Source: Syntrophales bacterium
Lineage (GTDB): Bacteria; Desulfobacterota; Syntrophia; Syntrophales; UBA5619
Reading direction: 5' to 3'
DNA: 64,000 nucleotides
NCBI GenBank assembly: GCA_040765725.1
Contig: JAXGRQ010000003.1
Span: forward strand, 11,409-75,408
Positions 59,381 to 64,000 of this stretch are shown piece by piece. The notes below the pieces were generated by a model. It worked only from the letters and a program-made list of their open reading frames with translations, had not been told where the DNA came from and made no database searches. The position numbers and the translations under genes were made by a program. Each line of letters starts with the position of its first letter. Position 1 is the stretch's first letter.

Positions 59381-60175
59381 CTATTCCAGCCTTCCCTCCC
59401 GGAAGGCGCGAATATAATTCAGACAGCATTCATCCCGTCCTGCTATCAGATTTCCTGCAGCAATGACCGCATACAGTCGCGAATCCGTCGGATCGATGAT
59501 CGCCGAATCCAGCCCCCTTTCCATCGCCGCGGCCAGAAAGGTTCGATGCAACAGATTTCGGGCAGGCAAACCATAGGAAACGGTGCTCAGACAGCAGGTG
59601 GTATGCACCCCGGGATAGCCCTGCATGATCCGGTCGATGGCGCACAGCGTCGCTCGAGCCGACCGTGTATTGGTGGAGAGTGAATAGGCCAGCGGATCGA
59701 GGTACAGGCGATCCAGCGGCACCCCGGCATCGGTGATGATCCGTATCAGGCGGCCCGCAATTTCGGTTTTCTCTTCAGCGGTCTCTGCGGTTCCGCTGGA
59801 TGCCAGACAGGATGCGATCACCCGGGTTTCATACGCGACCACAAGACGGAGCATCGCGTCCATCCGATCCGACGCCAGGGTGATTGCATTGACGATCGGC
59901 GTTTTTTTTACCAGCGGCAGGACCTTTTCGATGACCGGCGGATTCGGGCTGTCGATGCAGAGCGGTACATCCGTCTCCTCCTGGACGACCTCGATCACCC
60001 AGCGGAGGTGCTTCTCTTCGTCCTCGCCGAAGATCGCCGCATTTACATTGAGATAATCGGCGCCGGAAGCCGTCTGGTCCATGACCTCACTTCGAATGAA
60101 GCCTCGGTTGCGGGTCACGATCGCCTGCGCAATATATTTTCTGGTTGCGTCGATTCTATCGCCGATGATCTGCAT
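59381..60175 (-). CDS. Methyl-tetrahydrofolate:corrinoid methyltransferase (pterin-binding, MtrH/AcsE-type), copy 2
   Basis: 264 aa, collinear along its whole length with 54261-55055 ([11 protein letters not shown]...YLNVNAA...LCIDSP...YLDPLA...[21 protein letters not shown]). Confidence 0.8.
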   Translation of the reverse strand: MQIIGDRIDATRKYIAQAIVTRNRGFIRSEVMDQTASGADYLNVNAAIFGEDEEKHLRWVIEVVQEETDVPLCIDSPNPPVIEKVLPLVKKTPIVNAITLASDRMDAMLRLVVAYETRVIASCLASSGTAETAEEKTEIAGRLIRIITDAGVPLDRLYLDPLAYSLSTNTRSARATLCAIDRIMQGYPGVHTTCCLSTVSYGLPARNLLHRTFLAAAMERGLDSAIIDPTDSRLYAVIAAGNLIAGRDECCLNYIRAFREGRLE

Positions 60176-60234
60176 GATGTGATCCGATTTCGTCTGTAGA
60201 GGCAGTCTGTTCGTATCGTTCCACTTTATCTGAC

Positions 60235-60250
60235 AGCAAGAGACGTGCCG
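60235..60250 (-). promoter_or_regulatory. Sigma54 (-24/-12) promoter candidate for the mtrH2-fhs-folD-metF-metV-mtrH1 operon
   Basis: Minus strand reads CGGCACGTCTCTTGCT against consensus TGGCACG-N4-TTGCW. GG and GC are at exact spacing. The -12 element lies about 60 nt upstream of ATG 60175. Confidence 0.6.
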
Positions 60251-60264
60251 GTTGCACGAGGAAA

Positions 60265-60292
60265 GGAATCATTCCCCATCCTGAATCATTCC
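60265..60292. promoter_or_regulatory. Tandem GAATCATTCC boxes (first is the palindrome GGAATcATTCC)
   Basis: Two copies 17 nt apart, 15-40 nt upstream of the -24 element. Confidence 0.3.
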
Positions 60293-60385
60293 TGTGGTTT
60301 TGGGTAGATGCTGTTGGATAATGCGAAAAGGGCCGGACCGTTTCGTGCACCATTCCGTGCGATTCCGACCCATCGGAACTTATCC

Positions 60386-60402
60386 TGTCAGAAAAAGTGA
60401 CA
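60386..60402. promoter_or_regulatory. TGT-N11-ACA palindrome (TGTCAgaaaaagTGACA), candidate enhancer-binding-protein site
   Basis: Perfect 5-bp arms, about 140 nt upstream of the -24 element. That is the distance typical of bEBP upstream activating sequences. Confidence 0.35.
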
Positions 60403-60561
60403 ATTGAATCGAGAGGTGGGGGCAGAACGCAGGGTGCTTGCGCTGGGGAAAAAAGGACTTAACAAATCTTGGCCTACGAATCGGCGGGAAGCAGGGATTT
60501 GGCGTTCACAAGGAGGCTCAACCCGATGCCGGTCGCAGTAGGACCGGCTCAGAGACGGATT

Positions 60562-60590
60562 CCCGCCCTGCTATTTGAACGCAGGGCGGG
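60562..60590 (-). terminator. 10-bp perfect hairpin after the 53-aa membrane protein gene
   Basis: CCCGCCCTGC / GCAGGGCGGG with a 9-nt loop, 17 nt after the stop. The U-tract is weak (AAUCCGUCUCU). Confidence 0.45.
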
Positions 60591-60607
60591 AGTGGATATC
60601 GTATCGA

Positions 60608-60769
60608 CTAACTGTCGATCGTCACTTCATCCTTTTTCTGGTCATAGTCCGGCATCACGTTCTTCCAACCCTTGACGCAGCCATAGATGACGAAACCGAT
60701 GGTCAACAGAACGATACCTGCGCCGATGACCAGCAGGATGTTATGGGGAATGGTGAACATTGTATCCAT
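60608..60769 (-). CDS. Small single-TM membrane protein (53 aa), unlisted in the ORF track
   Basis: My translation: MDTMFTIPHNILLVIGAGIVLLTIGFVIYGCVKGWKNVMPDYDQKKDEVTIDS*. RBS GGAG 9 nt upstream, followed by a 10-bp hairpin. Confidence 0.5.
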   Translation of the reverse strand: MDTMFTIPHNILLVIGAGIVLLTIGFVIYGCVKGWKNVMPDYDQKKDEVTIDS

Positions 60770-60827
60770 TATCAAAATCTCCTTCCAACGCGTTTTCGGG
60801 GACGGATCTCTTTTCCGGCTCCGAAAT

Positions 60828-61298
60828 TCATATACGGACGGTCCGGAGCAGCGGATTCATTCTCCGGATTCCCGCGATAATCTCGGTCAATACGCCGTCC
60901 CTTCGGTGACAGAAGAGATAACCGCTTTCCCGGGGCAACCTGAACCGAACAAACCCGAATCCGCCCGAGAGACGCGACCCCTCGATCGCGCGGATCTGCT
61001 TCGCTGAAACCTCCAGCGTCCTTCGGATGCTTTTAAAGCGGATTCGCCCCTCCGCATCCAACGTGATCCTGTAAAAAAGGCCGAGGGACCAAAACCAGGT
61101 GTAGACGTAAAAAAAGGCGATCATGGCGGCGAAGAGCCAATCCCCGCTGAATCCCCCCTGGTGAAACTTCCGCCAGATCGGCGGCACGGTGCCCACGGTC
61201 CACACTACGAGCACCGCGTAGAAGGCCGACAGAAACAGTATCGAGGTTTGAAACACCCTGTTTGGATCCGTCTTTTCTCCGGCCTTCACGTCCCACAT
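60828..61298 (-). CDS. Membrane protein, two TM segments plus a beta-rich (bacterial PH-like) C-terminal domain
   Basis: ILFLSAFYAVLVVWTVG and WLFAAMIAFFYVYTWFWSLGLF hydrophobic segments, then YRITLDAEGRIRFKS... Alternative TTG start at 61382, directly after the dctM stop. Confidence 0.55.
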   Translation of the reverse strand: MWDVKAGEKTDPNRVFQTSILFLSAFYAVLVVWTVGTVPPIWRKFHQGGFSGDWLFAAMIAFFYVYTWFWSLGLFYRITLDAEGRIRFKSIRRTLEVSAKQIRAIEGSRLSGGFGFVRFRLPRESGYLFCHRRDGVLTEIIAGIRRMNPLLRTVRI

Positions 61299-61383
61299 CT
61301 CCCGAAGGGGAGGCTCGGCGGCGAACCTTGAATCCGCCGCCGAACCGAACAAACTTCTGAAAAAATTACCCTCGGAAACCAAC

Positions 61384-62700
61384 TCATCCCCGGAACAGGA
61401 ATTTGGGCGCCCAAAGGATGATCTCCGGAAAATACATGCACAAAAGGAGGCCGATGATCTGAAGCCCCATGAACGGAAAGGCCGACTTCCAAACATCCAC
61501 TGTGGAACACTCCGGCGGAGCGACGCTCTTGAGGTAGAACAGCGACATCCCGAACGGGGGCGACAGGAACGAAATCTGCAGGTTCACGGCGATCAGCACG
61601 CCGAACCAGATCGGATCGAATCCGAGCTGGCGGATGATCGGCCCAAAGAGCGGAATGATCAGCATCAGAATCCCGACCCAGTCGACGAACATTCCGAGGA
61701 AGACCACGATGCCCATCATGATGAAGATGACCACCCACTTGTTCAGGCCGGTGCCTACCAACATCGCGTTGACGAAATCGCCGCCGCCGACCATGATATA
61801 CAGCGCGATGAAAATGTTCGCCCCGAACATGGTCCACATCACCATTCCGGTGGCCTTGGTCGTGTTTACCGACGCGTCGACAAGCTCTTTCCAGGGCATG
61901 CGGCCCTTGATCTTGGCGATGATCCAGGCGCCCAGACAGCCGACGCCGGCCGCCTCCGTCGGAGCGGCCACCCCGACCACGATCGTCCCGAGAACGAGAA
62001 AGATCAGAATCGCCCCGGGGATGATCGGGATTGCGACCCGGAAGAGGCCTTTCCAGTCCAGACGCTCCTCCTTGGGAACCGGAGGGCCCATCTTCGGGTT
62101 GATGTAGCAGCGGATCGTAATGTACAGGATGTAGAGCCCCGCCAGCAGGAAGCCCGGGAGGAAGGCGCCCGCATAGAGCTGCCCGATCGAGGAGTTGTCG
62201 ACCATGCCGTAGACAATCAGCATGACGCTCGGAGGGATCAGGATTCCCAGTGTCCCACCGGCCAGGATGGCCCCCAGCGACATCAGTTTATCGTATTTGC
62301 GGTTCAGCATCTGCGGCAGCGCGATCATGCCCATGGTCACCTCGGTGGCGCCGACGACACCGGCCATCGCCGCCATCATCGTGCAGGCCGCGACGGTCGC
62401 AGTGGCGACGCCGCCTTTTAGCCAACCGAGCCAGTGATAAACCATCATATAGATATCCTCGATGATCCCGCTCCGTTCAAGGATGTTCGCCATCAGGATG
62501 AATAGCGGGATGGCGTCAAGCAGGTAGTTCGTCATCAGACCGAAGATCCGGGTCGGGACGATGTTGACGGCCTCCGGCCCCTGGAAGATCGCCGTAAAGA
62601 GGATGCCCACGAACCCGGTGGAGAAGGCCACCGGAAGCCCCATAAACATGACCAAGACCATGCTGCCAAAAATCAGGATGGTGATCCATTCTATGCTCAT
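61384..62700 (-). CDS. dctM: TRAP transporter large permease
   Basis: 438 aa, about 12 TM segments, typical DctM pattern (GLPVAFSTGFVGILF...). Overlaps dctQ by 4 nt. Confidence 0.88.
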   Translation of the reverse strand: MSIEWITILIFGSMVLVMFMGLPVAFSTGFVGILFTAIFQGPEAVNIVPTRIFGLMTNYLLDAIPLFILMANILERSGIIEDIYMMVYHWLGWLKGGVATATVAACTMMAAMAGVVGATEVTMGMIALPQMLNRKYDKLMSLGAILAGGTLGILIPPSVMLIVYGMVDNSSIGQLYAGAFLPGFLLAGLYILYITIRCYINPKMGPPVPKEERLDWKGLFRVAIPIIPGAILIFLVLGTIVVGVAAPTEAAGVGCLGAWIIAKIKGRMPWKELVDASVNTTKATGMVMWTMFGANIFIALYIMVGGGDFVNAMLVGTGLNKWVVIFIMMGIVVFLGMFVDWVGILMLIIPLFGPIIRQLGFDPIWFGVLIAVNLQISFLSPPFGMSLFYLKSVAPPECSTVDVWKSAFPFMGLQIIGLLLCMYFPEIILWAPKFLFRG

Positions 62701-63245
62701 TTAAATTCCCTCCCTGTCATGACCAAATGGGCGTCCCGAATCGTCCAGACGATGCCCTGCAACAGCAGCAGCACCCCGCCGAACGGCATCAGGAATTTGA
62801 TCGGATAGTAGGGAGGAGCCCAGTCCGTAAAGGAGGCTTCGCCGATAATCTCGATCCCCAGAAAGGTATTGCCCGCGTTCATCATCTGAGAACTCCAATA
62901 GAAGTTCCAGGATGTGTAAATATAGACGAGGACGAAGGTATAGAAAAAAACGGAGGTGACGAGATCCATAATCGCCTTCGTCCGAGGGGTCCGTTTCGCG
63001 TAGATAACGTCGACCCGCACGTGGGCCCTCCAGTAGTGAACCACACCCACCACCATGACATAATACATGGCGAAGAGGGAGTACATCATTTCATGCCCCC
63101 AGTTCGTCGGCAGGTTAAAGACATAGCGCATGATCACCTCGAAGGAGATCACAACCACGCAGATCAACGAGACATAGGCCATCATCTTGCCGACGAAGAG
63201 GTTCGTCTTTTCCACGGCCATCATGAAGGTTTTCAGTTTGTCCAT
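62697..63245 (-). CDS. dctQ: TRAP transporter small permease
   Basis: 182 aa, 4 TM segments, located between dctP and dctM. Confidence 0.8.
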   Translation of the reverse strand: MDKLKTFMMAVEKTNLFVGKMMAYVSLICVVVISFEVIMRYVFNLPTNWGHEMMYSLFAMYYVMVVGVVHYWRAHVRVDVIYAKRTPRTKAIMDLVTSVFFYTFVLVYIYTSWNFYWSSQMMNAGNTFLGIEIIGEASFTDWAPPYYPIKFLMPFGGVLLLLQGIVWTIRDAHLVMTGREFK

Positions 63246-63447
63246 AAGTGTAGCCTTTCACCGTTTCATTTTTCGATTTCTCTGAAGCATGTCGTCCGGT
63301 ACTCCCTTCATCCCTTACCAGTCGCATCTTTCTGACGGAAAGAAGATCTGCGGAAGCGGATCTTTCCGTATAAAACGGCTGAACGGGCGATCCGAAACCT
63401 GCAATACCAGGAACCGACGCTCAGTGGCGAATCGTATGAAAAACCAT

Positions 63448-63480
63448 AAAAAAAGGGGGAAGGGGAAAAACCCTTCCCCC
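63448..63480 (-). terminator. Intrinsic terminator or attenuator between dctP and dctQ
   Basis: Minus strand reads GGGGGAAGGG-tttttc-CCCTTCCCCC followed by TTTTTTT. Starts 10 nt after the dctP stop. Confidence 0.7.
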
Positions 63481-63489
63481 GGTCAGTCT

Positions 63490-64000
63490 TTAGTAGGCAA
63501 TCTTCTTGCCGTTGCGGTCCACCATGTCTGCTTCTTTATAATAACCTATCTTGATGGACTTCATGAACTCCCACTGCGATTTGAAGGCCTTCATCGCCAG
63601 TGGGTCCTTCTTGGCCCAGACGACCCAGAGCTCCGGGGCAAACTTCTTGAACTTTTCGATGTCCGAATCCTTCAGGCGGATGATCTCGCAGCCCTTTGCC
63701 AGGTATTTCGGGATCGCCTCGAGGTCGGCCTTCTGGTTTCCCACATAGTGGTCAATCGAATGCCATGCGACCGCCGCCTCTAACAGATCCTGGAGATGCT
63801 TGGGCAGCGCCTTCCATTTGTTCATGTTGACCTCGATGCTCATTAAGTCGCAGGGCTGGTGCAGGCACGGCGTTGAGGGTGGGCCGATGATGATGTACTT
63901 CGCGATTTCGGCAAACCCGAGGTTGTAGTTGACGGCCCAACCCACGAAGTCGGACGCGTCGATGACGCCCTTCTCGAGAGCCGGATAGACTTCGCCGCCC
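63490..64000 (-). CDS. dctP: TRAP transporter substrate-binding protein (DctP family), 5' end beyond the right edge
   Basis: The reading frame is open to the window edge (...GGEVYPALEKGVIDASDFVGWAVNYNLGFAEIAKY...). The ORF-track entry 63490-63945 is only the part after an internal Met. Confidence 0.8.
   Translation of the reverse strand, partial: GGEVYPALEKGVIDASDFVGWAVNYNLGFAEIAKYIIIGPPSTPCLHQPCDLMSIEVNMNKWKALPKHLQDLLEAAVAWHSIDHYVGNQKADLEAIPKYLAKGCEIIRLKDSDIEKFKKFAPELWVVWAKKDPLAMKAFKSQWEFMKSIKIGYYKEADMVDRNGKKIAY

Noticed and set aside
60176-60600. ZTP (pfl) or THF riboswitch in the leader of the fhs/folD operon
   Set aside because: No CCGCCUGGGC / ACUGGCG-type conserved segments on the minus strand. 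The leader between the sigma54 -12 element and the ATG is only about 60 nt.
1-64000. CRISPR arrays, tRNA/rRNA genes, transposases/integrases, phage or defence-system genes
   Set aside because: I saw no short regularly spaced repeats, no T-loop (GTTCGAATC-type) contexts in the intergenic regions, and no ORF with recombinase, nuclease or defence-like motifs. The only possible mobile-element trace is the unassignable remnant in 47002-47528.

Overview
The window reads as chromosomal DNA from a Gram-negative, probably anaerobic bacterium. That is an inference from LptFG, an Arn lipid A operon, a sigma54 activator, MetVF and a RACo-type corrinoid activator; my guess is Desulfobacterota-like. I found no rRNA, tRNA, CRISPR array or intact IS element.

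The window falls into three blocks:
- **1-17099, all on the minus strand.** One long co-directional catabolic cluster: a non-pyrrolysine MttB-family methyltransferase (partial), two AfuA/PotD/PhnS-type ABC importers, a dimethylglycine/sarcosine-dehydrogenase-like flavoenzyme with its own EtfBA, a HisC-like aminotransferase, a transaldolase-family enzyme and an embedded GntR/HutC regulator.
- **17338-44025.** An arn operon with a split arnA, followed by housekeeping genes: crotonase, lptFG, ahcY, panC, rsmA, tsaD, nadB, purB, mobA. It also holds an FAD-enzyme/permease pair of unknown role, an OFA-type MFS transporter and a sigma54 response regulator.
- **44022-64000.** A corrinoid-dependent methyl-transfer island. 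It encodes a RACo-type activator, two corrinoid proteins, a URO-D-family methyltransferase, an exported unknown protein, an MFS transporter, a TPR protein and a PocR-AraC regulator. A convergent operon, mtrH-like/fhs/folD/metF/metV/mtrH-like, sits behind a good sigma54 promoter. TRAP transporter genes lie upstream.

The most notable sequence-level observations are these:
- The histidine kinase and the RACo-type activator are broken by at least 8 frameshifts. They are clustered in about 2.3 kb, and several sit at or next to short G/C runs.
- An AT-rich 530-nt spacer with possible gene remnants follows the activator.
- A sigma54 promoter with an upstream TGT-N11-ACA palindrome precedes the folate operon.

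All functional calls rest on motif and family recognition by eye. No database search was run.
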